Shown here piece by piece: positions 43,491 through 51,149 of a stretch of 51,149 bases of DNA. The DNA comes from an uncultured Candidatus Saccharibacteria bacterium (GTDB lineage: Bacteria; Patescibacteriota; Saccharimonadia; Saccharimonadales; Saccharimonadaceae). Numbering within the stretch: position 1 is the first letter of the stretch; each line of letters begins with the position of its first letter. Under the pieces are notes generated by a model that saw nothing but the letters and a program-made list of their open reading frames with translations, ran no database searches and was not told the origin of the DNA. Both the position numbers and the translations under genes were made by a program. The stretch lies in NCBI GenBank assembly GCA_964536785.1, contig CAZHYM010000002.1, positions 1-51,149 on the forward strand, read 5' to 3'.

Positions 43491-44778
43491 GATAGCAATT
43501 GTTGGGTATGGGCTAGAAGGAGAAAGCGCCTATAATTTTTTGAAGAAAAAGCATCCTGAGGCTAAATTTGTTATTTACGATCAAGCCTTAAACCCTAAAA
43601 GTAAGTTACCAGCCGGCGTTGAAAATTATTTGGGTAGCTTCGACCCAAAAGAAATTGAGGCTGACTTAATCATAAGAACCCCGGCAATCTCACCGTATAA
43701 ATTTCAAGAAGACGCTAATCTATCGTCAGTGACTAAACTGTTCTTTGAGAGCTGTCCTGCGAAAATAATCGGAGTAACTGGCTCAAAGGGGAAAGGGACT
43801 ACTGCTAGTTTGATTACTTCAATTTTAAATGTAGCTGGTAAAAAGGTACACTTAATAGGAAATATTGGCATCCCAGCATTAGATGAACTTCAAACAATTG
43901 AACCTGATGATTATGTCATATATGAGCTATCAAGCTTTCAGCTTTGGGATTTAGACGCGTCCCCAGAGATTGCAGTTGTTGTACATATCGAGCCTGATCA
44001 TTTGGATGTGCATACTAACTTTGAAGAGTACGTTGATGCTAAGGCAAATATCTCCAAGCATCAAAGTGAACAGGACATAATTGTATATGATACCAATAAT
44101 CCTCACTCTTCTAAAATCGCATCCTACTCCAAGGCCGGTCTGAAGTATGCTTATCCGGATAAAAACTCAGCGTGGTTTGATGAAGAATCGCTATACTATG
44201 GTGAACAAAAAATTTGTTCGATTTCTGATCTAAATATTATTGGAGATCATAATATGAGCAACGCCTGTGCAGCGATTGACGTCGCTTGGCAATTCACTCA
44301 TGATGTGGAGATCATAAAAACAGGGTTGGCTAACTTTAAGGGGCTAGAACATCGTCTGAAACTAGTAGACATAGTAAATGGCGTAGCCTATTATGACGAT
44401 AGCATAGCTACCACTATCGGATCGGTAAGGGCCGCTCTAAAAGCAATCAAAATGCCAAAGGTTTTAATCTTGGGCGGTTCAACGAAAGGTGCAAACTTTA
44501 AAGATATCATATCAGATATAAATAACGAAGGAGTTTACTCCGTAATTGCCATTGGTGATGAAGCGGATAGGATAGAGGCTGCCTTGTCAGGTACAGGCAA
44601 GTTCGAATTTAGCAATTTTCATAGTGAAAAAAGCATGAAGGATATAGTGTCTTTTGCTCATTCAGTTGCAAAACCGGGTAGCGCAGTTATACTGAGCCCA
44701 GCCTGTGCCAGCTTTGGTATGTTCAAAGACTATAAAGATCGAGGCGAACAATTTATTCGAGCCGTTAAGGAACTATAA
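43483..44778 (+). CDS. murD: UDP-N-acetylmuramoyl-L-alanine--D-glutamate ligase
   Basis: Rossmann-like N-terminus MAKIAIVGYGLEG and Mur ligase P-loop GVTGSKGKGTT, plus the DHLD... and GGS.KG motifs. ATG 43483 lies 5 nt after GAGGT. The ORF track starts at GTG 43471. Confidence 0.8.
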   Translation: MAKIAIVGYGLEGESAYNFLKKKHPEAKFVIYDQALNPKSKLPAGVENYLGSFDPKEIEADLIIRTPAISPYKFQEDANLSSVTKLFFESCPAKIIGVTGSKGKGTTASLITSILNVAGKKVHLIGNIGIPALDELQTIEPDDYVIYELSSFQLWDLDASPEIAVVVHIEPDHLDVHTNFEEYVDAKANISKHQSEQDIIVYDTNNPHSSKIASYSKAGLKYAYPDKNSAWFDEESLYYGEQKICSISDLNIIGDHNMSNACAAIDVAWQFTHDVEIIKTGLANFKGLEHRLKLVDIVNGVAYYDDSIATTIGSVRAALKAIKMPKVLILGGSTKGANFKDIISDINNEGVYSVIAIGDEADRIEAALSGTGKFEFSNFHSEKSMKDIVSFAHSVAKPGSAVILSPACASFGMFKDYKDRGEQFIRAVKEL

Positions 44779-45870
44779 GTGGATAGAAGTGAACTGTCTC
44801 TGTCTCTAAAAAAGCTTGAGCAAGAATTTAAGTCGGCATATGAAAAACTTCATGTTGATAAGTGGGTTAATAATTTAAAAGAACTTGAGTATAAGACCAA
44901 CGATTCAAATTTATGGGTTAACCCAGAAAACGCTCAGCGGACACTTCATGATTTTAAAGTCGCTCAAGCTGAGGTAGAGCCTTGGTTAACACTTAAGACT
45001 CAAATTAATGATTATCATGAGCTCGTAGATATAGCTGATGACGATTGGCTGACTGAAGTTGGAGCTCAGCTTAGGTCAATGGAGGACAAGTTTTCTCGGT
45101 TGAAACAAGCCCTGCTTTTTAATGAGTCTTATGATACTTACCCGGCTATTTTACGAATAACTAGTGGGGTTGGAGGTACCGACGCTCAGGATTTTGCCGA
45201 AATGCTAGAAAGAATGTACCTTAGATATTTTGAGAGGAAAGATTATAAGACTCAAATTATCGAGAGAAGTCTTGGAGATGAGGCCGGAATAAAGACTAGC
45301 GTGATAGAGGTGAATGGCGCATTTGCCTATGGGCTATTAAGAGGCGATAATGGTGTGCACAGATTAGTGCGCAAGAGCCCCTTTAATAGTGATAATCTTC
45401 GCCAGACGAGCTTTGCTCTTGTCGAAGTCTTGCCGAAGCTTAAAGATGAAGATGTCGAAATAGACCCCAATGACTTAAAGATTGATTTTTACCGAGCGGG
45501 CGGTCACGGAGGTCAGAGCGTAAACACTACAGACTCAGCTGTGCGGATCACTCATTTGCCTAGTGGCTTAGTCGTATCAATCCAAAATGAACGCTCACAA
45601 AACCAAAACAAATCAACTGCCTTGGCAATTCTAAAGGGTAGGCTGATTGATTTAAAGAATAAGCAAAAAGCTGAAAGCTTTAAGGATATAAAAGCTGGTG
45701 AGTCGGCTAGCTGGGGCACGCAAATTAGAAATTATATTTTGCACCCCTATACTTTAGTTAAAGACACCCGGACCAAATTTGAGACAAGTGACGTTTATGA
45801 TGTCCTGGATGGAAATTTGGAACAATTTATAATTCAGTATCTTGAGTGGAAACAATCATCTAATAATTGA
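44779..45870 (+). CDS. prfB: Peptide chain release factor 2 (uninterrupted, no programmed frameshift)
   Basis: SPF tripeptide (VRKSPFNS) and GGQ motif [25 protein letters not shown] single full-length ORF from the GTG preceded by AAGGAA. Confidence 0.93.
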   Translation: MDRSELSLSLKKLEQEFKSAYEKLHVDKWVNNLKELEYKTNDSNLWVNPENAQRTLHDFKVAQAEVEPWLTLKTQINDYHELVDIADDDWLTEVGAQLRSMEDKFSRLKQALLFNESYDTYPAILRITSGVGGTDAQDFAEMLERMYLRYFERKDYKTQIIERSLGDEAGIKTSVIEVNGAFAYGLLRGDNGVHRLVRKSPFNSDNLRQTSFALVEVLPKLKDEDVEIDPNDLKIDFYRAGGHGGQSVNTTDSAVRITHLPSGLVVSIQNERSQNQNKSTALAILKGRLIDLKNKQKAESFKDIKAGESASWGTQIRNYILHPYTLVKDTRTKFETSDVYDVLDGNLEQFIIQYLEWKQSSNN

Positions 45871-45873
45871 GCT

Positions 45874-45897
45874 TAAGCAAATTGCTTATGATATAAT
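45874..45897 (+). promoter_or_regulatory. 15-bp perfect palindrome abutting the extended -10 (TGaTATAAT) of ftsEX
   Basis: TAAGCAAATTGCTTA at 45874-45888 is immediately followed by TGATATAAT at 45889-45897. The ATG at 45908 is 10 nt further downstream. No SD. Confidence 0.45.
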
Positions 45898-45907
45898 TGT
45901 TTAAGAA

Positions 45908-46606
45908 ATGATTTTATTGGATAGAGTAACTAAAACTTACGATCGGGCAGATAAACCTTCGACGGACAGAGTTAGTTTGCATATTAAGCCAAAAGAATTC
46001 GTCATATTAATTGGACCGTCGGGTTCAGGTAAATCGACCTTGTTGAAGTTACTCACAAGGGAAGAGAAGCCAGATTCAGGCAAGATCGTAGTTGGGGGCA
46101 TTGATTACGATAATTTGAGTGAGAAACAGATTCCGCTACTGAGAAGGAAGATTGGCGTGGTGTTTCAGGATTTTAAATTGTTACCACGTCGGACGGTATT
46201 TGAAAACATAGCTTTTGCTTTAGAAATTGCTGGCCTTAGTAACCGAGAAATTAAGAATACTGTTCCAAAGGTCATCGATCTAGTAGGCTTGACCGGGAGA
46301 GAGAAAAATTTTCCGCACGAACTATCTGGTGGAGAAAGACAGCGTGTAGCTATAGCCCGGGCTATCGTTAGGCAACCGAAGATTTTGATTGCAGACGAGC
46401 CAACCGGTAATCTCGATCCCAAACATTCATGGGATATCGTGAAGCTACTTGAAAAGATTAATGATTACGGGACGACAGTTTTATTGACGACGCATAATGT
46501 AGATATAGTTAATCGATTAAAGCGGCGAGTGATTGCAATCGACAACGGGAGAATCGTAAGCGATCAAGCAGAGGGGTCTTATCATGGCGATATTCAGGCG
46601 AAATAA
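45908..46606 (+). CDS. ftsE: Cell division ABC transporter ATP-binding protein FtsE
   Basis: Walker A GPSGSGKST, signature LSGGERQRVAIARA and Walker B ILIADEPTGNLD. It is followed by ftsX. Confidence 0.9.
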   Translation: MILLDRVTKTYDRADKPSTDRVSLHIKPKEFVILIGPSGSGKSTLLKLLTREEKPDSGKIVVGGIDYDNLSEKQIPLLRRKIGVVFQDFKLLPRRTVFENIAFALEIAGLSNREIKNTVPKVIDLVGLTGREKNFPHELSGGERQRVAIARAIVRQPKILIADEPTGNLDPKHSWDIVKLLEKINDYGTTVLLTTHNVDIVNRLKRRVIAIDNGRIVSDQAEGSYHGDIQAK

Positions 46607-47573
46607 AGTTGTTTTAAGAAATAACACCAGCGCTAAGCGAAGGTTTATAAGTCTAGGGCGAATTATTCGCTATGGTTTTGATAATTTCATTCGTAATTCT
46701 TGGCTTTCTTTAGCTTCCACTGTGATAATGACTATAACTTTAATTATTATATTCTTTTCTGTTGTGGCAAATGTTGTGCTTAACCAAACAGTTGAACAAA
46801 TCCGTGACAAAGTTGATATGTCTATCTATGTCGTGAACACCATCGACGACAAATCGGTAGACCAAATCAAAAAGGATCTATCGAAAATTGGTAGCGTCGT
46901 TGAAGTTAGGTATAAATCAGCTTCAGAGGCTCGAGAAGAATTAGCACGGAAAAACAGTGGTAGCGATGAAGTCTTAGAAGCTATCAACACGGCAATAAAT
47001 ATGCTTCCAGGAGTATTTAATATTAAAATAGAGGACATCAATGATCCATCAGAGCTTGAAAAGTTTGTCGTATCTAACCAAAATATTAAAAAATTTATAG
47101 ATCCCAAAAATCCACCATCATTTGCATCTGAACGCCGAGAAGCCATCAATAACATAGCTTCTAAGGCCATATTTTTTGAAAGGTTTGGAATTATTTTAGT
47201 CGGGATTTTCATCCTTATCGCTATGTTGGTAATTTTTAATACGATTAGGATGGCTATATTTAATCGAAAAGATGAGATTTACATGATGCGACTTATAGGA
47301 GCTAATTCTAGTTTTATCCGTGGGCCATTCATTATTGAAGCAATTTTAAATGGAGTTATAGCAGCTTGTGCGGCGATGGGTGTTTCGTATGCGATTATGC
47401 AGTTGAGCCAGGCAAAAATTATGGAGTCCGGGATTAGCATGGAAACAACAATAGATTTTATTCGAAATCAGTGGTATTTGGCCTTGTTAATCTTGATTGG
47501 GCTGGGTTGCGTTATAGGCATAATTTCATCATTACTTGCTACTCGTAAATACTTACGTCAGCGGGTTGATTAG
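46584..47573 (+). CDS. ftsX: Cell division permease-like protein FtsX
   Basis: Four-TM topology with a large first extracytoplasmic loop, and the C-terminal FtsX domain (RKDEIYMMRLIGA). It overlaps ftsE by 23 nt. Confidence 0.88.
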   Translation: MAIFRRNKVVLRNNTSAKRRFISLGRIIRYGFDNFIRNSWLSLASTVIMTITLIIIFFSVVANVVLNQTVEQIRDKVDMSIYVVNTIDDKSVDQIKKDLSKIGSVVEVRYKSASEAREELARKNSGSDEVLEAINTAINMLPGVFNIKIEDINDPSELEKFVVSNQNIKKFIDPKNPPSFASERREAINNIASKAIFFERFGIILVGIFILIAMLVIFNTIRMAIFNRKDEIYMMRLIGANSSFIRGPFIIEAILNGVIAACAAMGVSYAIMQLSQAKIMESGISMETTIDFIRNQWYLALLILIGLGCVIGIISSLLATRKYLRQRVD

Positions 47574-47586
47574 AAGTGCTTACGGC

Positions 47587-47616
47587 TTGACAAAACCATC
47601 TAGCTTGTGGTAAAAT
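47587..47616 (+). promoter_or_regulatory. Promoter TTGACA-18-TGgTAAAAT for the CHAP hydrolase gene
   Basis: TTGACA at 47587-47592 and TAAAAT at 47611-47616 preceded by TGG. Confidence 0.6.
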
Positions 47617-47685
47617 TATATAGAGTCTAAATTAAAATAAAAATCCTGTGACTACCATTAAACAAGAAAGCGAGATAGAACGATT

Positions 47686-48834
47686 ATGAAGAAGCGCCCT
47701 ATTTCAGTATTTTCAACAGCTGGCCTTAGCGAAGGCTTAAAGCGCGCTTGTTTAATTTCAATCGCGGTTTTGTCGATTGGTTCGGCTATGCCAAGCTATT
47801 TTAGGGCTTCTGCCGATCAATACGATGAGCAGATTAAGGCTTTGGAGTCTCAAAATAGTCAGTACAATCAAGAAGCTCAGTCTTTGCGATTAAAGGCCAA
47901 CAGTCTTGCCGAAGAAGTAGCTATTTTAGAAGCCGAGAAAAATGCAATTCAAGATCAGATAAATAAGACAACTGAACGCATCAATGAACTTAAATCGAAG
48001 ATCGAAGAAACAATTATTAAAATTGAGGCAAACCGTATTGCGTTAGGCGAGGTCCTAGCGTCGATATATCTATCAGATCAGATATCTCCACTTGAAAGAT
48101 TAGCAAGCAGCAAGGATATTACTACGTATATCGATGAGGAAGCTGAGCGCAATAGTTTGCAAAATAGTTTAACTGATAAAGTTAAAGAAATTGATCTATT
48201 TAAAAAAGAATTAGAATCTCAAAAGCTTGAGGTAGAGGCTACTCTCAAGACTCAGGAAGAACAACGTCAAATCTTGGCTCAAAAAGAGGCTGAAAAGCAG
48301 TCGGTTTTGAACCAGACGAGGGGAGATGAGGCTGCTTACAAGGCTTTAGCAAACGAAAACAATACTCGAATTTCCCAGTTGCGAGCCGAACAAGCTGAGG
48401 CAATCCGCCGAGCTATGGGCAACACTTGGGGTTCCGTACCAGCTGGTATTCCAGGAGGTGGCGGTTACCCTGGAGTATGGGCTAATGCTCCACTTGACGC
48501 TTACGTCGATACCTGGGGACTTTATACTCGTGAGTGCGTAAGCTACACTGCGTGGAAAGTATGGAGTACTGGGCGATTTGTCCCGCATTTTGGCGGTAGA
48601 GGTAACGCTAACCAGTGGCCTAGCACTACTGCAGCCTACGGCATCCCAAATGGCTCGACTCCTAAAGTAGGCTCCGTGGCTGTTTGGTACGTGGGATATT
48701 ATGGGCACGTCATGTACGTCGAAAAAGTCAATGGAGATGGGACGATTGATGTTAGCGATTACAACTTAGGTTGGGACGGGCTTTATCGTTACTACACTCG
48801 CTCGGCTAGTGGCTTAACTTACATATATTTTTAA
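47686..48834 (+). CDS. Secreted coiled-coil + CHAP-domain peptidoglycan hydrolase (PcsB-like)
   Basis: Signal/anchor CLISIAVLSIGSAMP. About 190 aa of heptad-rich coiled coil follow. C-terminal CHAP domain with the Cys box YTRECVSYTAWKVW and the His box YGHVMYVEKV. Confidence 0.8.
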   Translation: MKKRPISVFSTAGLSEGLKRACLISIAVLSIGSAMPSYFRASADQYDEQIKALESQNSQYNQEAQSLRLKANSLAEEVAILEAEKNAIQDQINKTTERINELKSKIEETIIKIEANRIALGEVLASIYLSDQISPLERLASSKDITTYIDEEAERNSLQNSLTDKVKEIDLFKKELESQKLEVEATLKTQEEQRQILAQKEAEKQSVLNQTRGDEAAYKALANENNTRISQLRAEQAEAIRRAMGNTWGSVPAGIPGGGGYPGVWANAPLDAYVDTWGLYTRECVSYTAWKVWSTGRFVPHFGGRGNANQWPSTTAAYGIPNGSTPKVGSVAVWYVGYYGHVMYVEKVNGDGTIDVSDYNLGWDGLYRYYTRSASGLTYIYF

Positions 48835-48891
48835 TAATAATTAGTAGACTAGCTAGAAGTTTTTAAGGCTAGTCGAGTTTTCTGTTATATA

Positions 48892-50115
48892 ATGGTTATG
48901 ATAGATGGGGAGAATTTTGTGGGAGATAAAGTAGATAAAAAAATAAATATTTTTGTAGCAGTTTTTTTAGCATTTGCGATTGGTTTTCTTGTAGGCAATC
49001 GAAGTGATGATTTGATCGCCAGGTATGGTGAAGTAATAGGCGTTAAGAGCTTTGGGTCAGCCCAAAATTGGCGCAGCCTTGACGAAATTTATCGAGTTAT
49101 CAAGCAAGATTATGATGGTGAAATTGATGAAAAAGAAATTTTAGAGGGCGCTAGCCGGGGAATGGTTTCGGCTTTGGGGGATGAGCATACTAATTATCTT
49201 TCAGATAGAGAAACAAAAACTTTCAACGAGCAGTTGTCTGGTGAAATTGGCGGAGGAATTGGGGCAGAAATTGGTATGCGAGAAGGTTATCCAACGATAA
49301 TTAATCCACTTATGAATAACCCTGCACAGAAAGCGGGGATTCTGCCAAGGGATGTGATTTTGAAAGTTAATGATGAGGATATATCCGGGCAGGCTCTCGA
49401 ACTAGTAATAGCTAAAATTAGAGGCGAAGTTGGGACGGATGTAAAATTAACCATCGCTAGGGAAGGAGATACTGCCCCTAGAGACATTACGGTAACTAGG
49501 GCTATAGTTGACAATCCGAGCGTAACCTATGAGATAAAAAATAATATTGGGATTTTGTATATCACAAGGTTTGACAATAAGTCTTATAATTTGGCTTCCA
49601 AAGCAGTCTATGAAATGAAGCAAGCTAAAGTCAGAGGCTTGGTAGTTGATCTGCGTAATAATACGGGTGGATATCTCTCGTCAGCCCAGGATTTAGCAGG
49701 TCTTTGGCTAGATAAGCAGGTGGTCGTTATCGAAAAAAAGCAGGGCAAGGTGGTTGAAGAGCTTATGACGTCTGCTGGTCGAACTGAACTTGCAAATTTT
49801 CCAACAATCGTTCTGATTAATGAAAACAGCGCCAGCGCTAGTGAAATTTTAGCAGGTGCGTTGAAAGACTATAATCAAGCTACGATAATCGGCGAAAAGA
49901 GTTATGGCAAGGGAAGTGTTCAACAATTAATTGCTCTTCCAGGGAACGGAACTCTAAAATTAACAGTTGCGCATTGGTTTACTCCAAAGGGCAAGACTAT
50001 AGACAAAGAAGGCATCAAGCCTAATATTGTAGTTGATCTAAAAGAGGACGGATTTAAGCCAGAAGTCGATCCTCAAATGGATCGGGCGATTGCTGAGCTT
50101 AACAAAACAATATAA
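48892..50115 (+). CDS. ctpA: S41 carboxy-terminal processing protease (CtpA-like) with PDZ domain
   Basis: PDZ segment PAQKAGILPRDVILKVND. S41 core DLRNNTGGYL, NENSASASEILAGALKD and GEKSYGKGSVQ. The likely true start is GTG 48919, 6 nt after GGGGAG, because TATAAT 48888-48893 overlaps the track ATG. Confidence 0.88.
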   Translation: MVMIDGENFVGDKVDKKINIFVAVFLAFAIGFLVGNRSDDLIARYGEVIGVKSFGSAQNWRSLDEIYRVIKQDYDGEIDEKEILEGASRGMVSALGDEHTNYLSDRETKTFNEQLSGEIGGGIGAEIGMREGYPTIINPLMNNPAQKAGILPRDVILKVNDEDISGQALELVIAKIRGEVGTDVKLTIAREGDTAPRDITVTRAIVDNPSVTYEIKNNIGILYITRFDNKSYNLASKAVYEMKQAKVRGLVVDLRNNTGGYLSSAQDLAGLWLDKQVVVIEKKQGKVVEELMTSAGRTELANFPTIVLINENSASASEILAGALKDYNQATIIGEKSYGKGSVQQLIALPGNGTLKLTVAHWFTPKGKTIDKEGIKPNIVVDLKEDGFKPEVDPQMDRAIAELNKTI

Positions 50116-50153
50116 TTTATGCATTTAAAGTGAAAGTGTAGTAAGATATAAAC

Positions 50154-50537
50154 ATGACAGGAAAGAAAAAAGTACTTCTAGTAGAAGACGACAAGGCTTT
50201 GTCGGCAGTATATAAAATGCGTTTAGACATGGAAGGTTTTGATGTTCGCCAAGTTTTTGATGGCGAAAAAGCTCTCTCTGAAACATTAGATTACCGGCCT
50301 GATTTAGTTTTGCTTGACGTGATGATGCCAAAAATTTCTGGCTTTGACGTTCTTGATATCTTGCGGAATACTCCTGAGACTAAAGACATTAAAGTTGTAA
50401 TGCTGACCGCGCTTAGCCAGCAGAAAGACCAAGATCGGGCTAAAGCGCTTGGAGTTGATGATTACCTAATTAAATCACAAGTCGTTATTACTGATGTGAT
50501 TGGCCGAGTTAAGTTTCATTTAGGACTGGATAGTTAA
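50154..50537 (+). CDS. Stand-alone response-regulator receiver (CheY/DivK-like) protein
   Basis: VLLVEDD acidic pocket, phospho-acceptor context LVLLDVMMP, TALS and YLIKS. There is no output domain, and no histidine kinase lies in the window. Confidence 0.88.
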   Translation: MTGKKKVLLVEDDKALSAVYKMRLDMEGFDVRQVFDGEKALSETLDYRPDLVLLDVMMPKISGFDVLDILRNTPETKDIKVVMLTALSQQKDQDRAKALGVDDYLIKSQVVITDVIGRVKFHLGLDS

Positions 50538-50558
50538 AGCGAACAATTTAAATTAAAT

Positions 50559-50582
50559 AGAGGCTACCTATAGGTAGCCTCT
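50559..50582. terminator. Bidirectional hairpin between convergent genes
   Basis: Perfect 10-bp stem AGAGGCTACC / GGTAGCCTCT with a 4-nt loop TATA. Confidence 0.7.
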
Positions 50583-50587
50583 GATTC

Positions 50588-51058
50588 TTATGTGGAAGGA
50601 TTGATTTCTAGAATAGCGTTGGTCGCCAATTGATGGAGCTCAGTTATTCTCTCGCTCATTTTAGTTTCGATATTGGAAAGTTGATATTCATTGTAAGCCG
50701 ATGAACCGTTTTTTCCCTTTCTGAGCTCTGTCAGCATATCAGAAATTTTTTCAAATTCTCTTCTTGGTTCAAGATGAGTTATCTTGTACGCTACCCAACT
50801 TTTATGTTTTTTTTCTAAAGTTGTCTGATAGAATGGGGCGTCAATTATTTCCCTATTGTTAAGATCTAGCCACTTGAATTGGTCAAGAGGCAAGTAATAT
50901 TCGCCATCAGGTGATTTGATTACGCAAGAGATCCTATTTTCCAATGACCTTAGTTTCCCATTAGGGTTATAAAATTTGGAACTTTCAACTTCATTTTCAG
51001 GTACATAGAGCGGCAGTGGGGATTTGTCGACTTTAAAGATCTTGTTTTCTTCGTCCAT
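50588..51058 (-). CDS. Orphan hypothetical protein (157 aa)
   Basis: Start set at ATG 51058 (MDEENKIFKV...), 6 nt after the GGAGGTG SD. The ORF track extends to 51121. No recognisable motif. Confidence 0.5.
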   Translation of the reverse strand: MDEENKIFKVDKSPLPLYVPENEVESSKFYNPNGKLRSLENRISCVIKSPDGEYYLPLDQFKWLDLNNREIIDAPFYQTTLEKKHKSWVAYKITHLEPRREFEKISDMLTELRKGKNGSSAYNEYQLSNIETKMSERITELHQLATNAILEINPST

Positions 51059-51118
51059 AAGAAACACCTCCGAAAAAATATTCCACATGTAAATGCCCCA
51101 GGTCCTTTTGAAGTAGGA

Positions 51119-51140
51119 CACTTGTCTAGAAAGACAAGTG
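51119..51140. repeat. 9-bp perfect inverted repeat at the window edge
   Basis: CACTTGTCT (51119-51127) / AGACAAGTG (51132-51140) with a 4-nt spacer, about 60 nt upstream of the minus-strand ATG 51058. Confidence 0.6.
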
Positions 51141-51149
51141 CATGAAACG

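Noticed and set aside
44779-44900. Programmed +1 frameshift site in prfB
   Set aside because: I looked for CTT TGA or an in-frame stop near codons 20-30. The ORF is continuous from the GTG directly after the murD stop.
46826-47212. 128-aa minus-strand ORF inside ftsX, and similar ORFs at 48346-48708, 40934-41218 and 30632-30958
   Set aside because: All are antisense shadows of well-supported genes and carry no independent signals.
1-51149. Scan for CRISPR arrays, transposases, integrases, phage or defence genes, and tRNAs
   Set aside because: I saw no direct-repeat/spacer arrays, no DDE or tyrosine/serine recombinase-like ORFs and no restriction, toxin or abortive-infection signatures. No cloverleaf candidates were seen. 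The window is core-genome-like apart from a few orphan genes.

Overview
Gene-dense, AT-rich chromosomal segment made up almost entirely of housekeeping genes. Most intergenic gaps are under about 120 nt. The largest gap is 336-680.

Content in order:
- rRNA operon tail: 23S 3' end and 5S.
- A KGG-repeat stress protein.
- A leaderless sugar-kinase / HExxH-peptidase pair.
- rpsA-infB; def-fmt; priA; recJ.
- rpsU-yqeY-adk-map-ftsA-ftsZ.
- A small surface-protein insert.
- rplU; parAB; lepB; an LCP transferase.
- prmC-prfA-rpmE2.
- rpsB-tsf, an orphan gene, then frr-rseP-CPBP-proS.
- greA; lysS; ldhA; serS-hpf; secA-M16-murD-prfB.
- ftsE-ftsX-CHAP hydrolase-ctpA-REC.

Likely source (inference only): a reduced-genome Patescibacteria/CPR organism, most like Saccharibacteria.
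- Many proteins are minimal versions: IF-2 of 590 aa, ProRS of 411 aa without the editing insertion, and short EF-Ts.
- The envelope features are Gram-positive style: two sortase sorting signals, LCP, and a PcsB-like coiled-coil CHAP hydrolase beside ftsEX.
- The genetic code is standard. RF1 and RF2 are both intact and TGA is used as a stop.

I saw no CRISPR array, transposase, integrase, phage gene or tRNA.

Most noteworthy observations:
1. A sortase-anchored thioester-domain (Cys...GYP...TQxA) adhesin with three CnaB/SpaA-like stalk repeats.
2. A recurring architecture in which a -10 hexamer, often the extended form TGnTATAAT, lies 5-9 nt upstream of the ATG of the first gene of a transcription unit, with no Shine-Dalgarno. 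This implies widespread leaderless mRNAs.
3. Two near-identical promoter modules 16 kb apart, each driving a small hydrophilic protein.
4. An ftsEX / CHAP hydrolase / ctpA / orphan receiver cluster.
5. Several orphan genes inserted into otherwise conserved syntenies.

All functional calls rest on motif recognition by eye. No database search was run.
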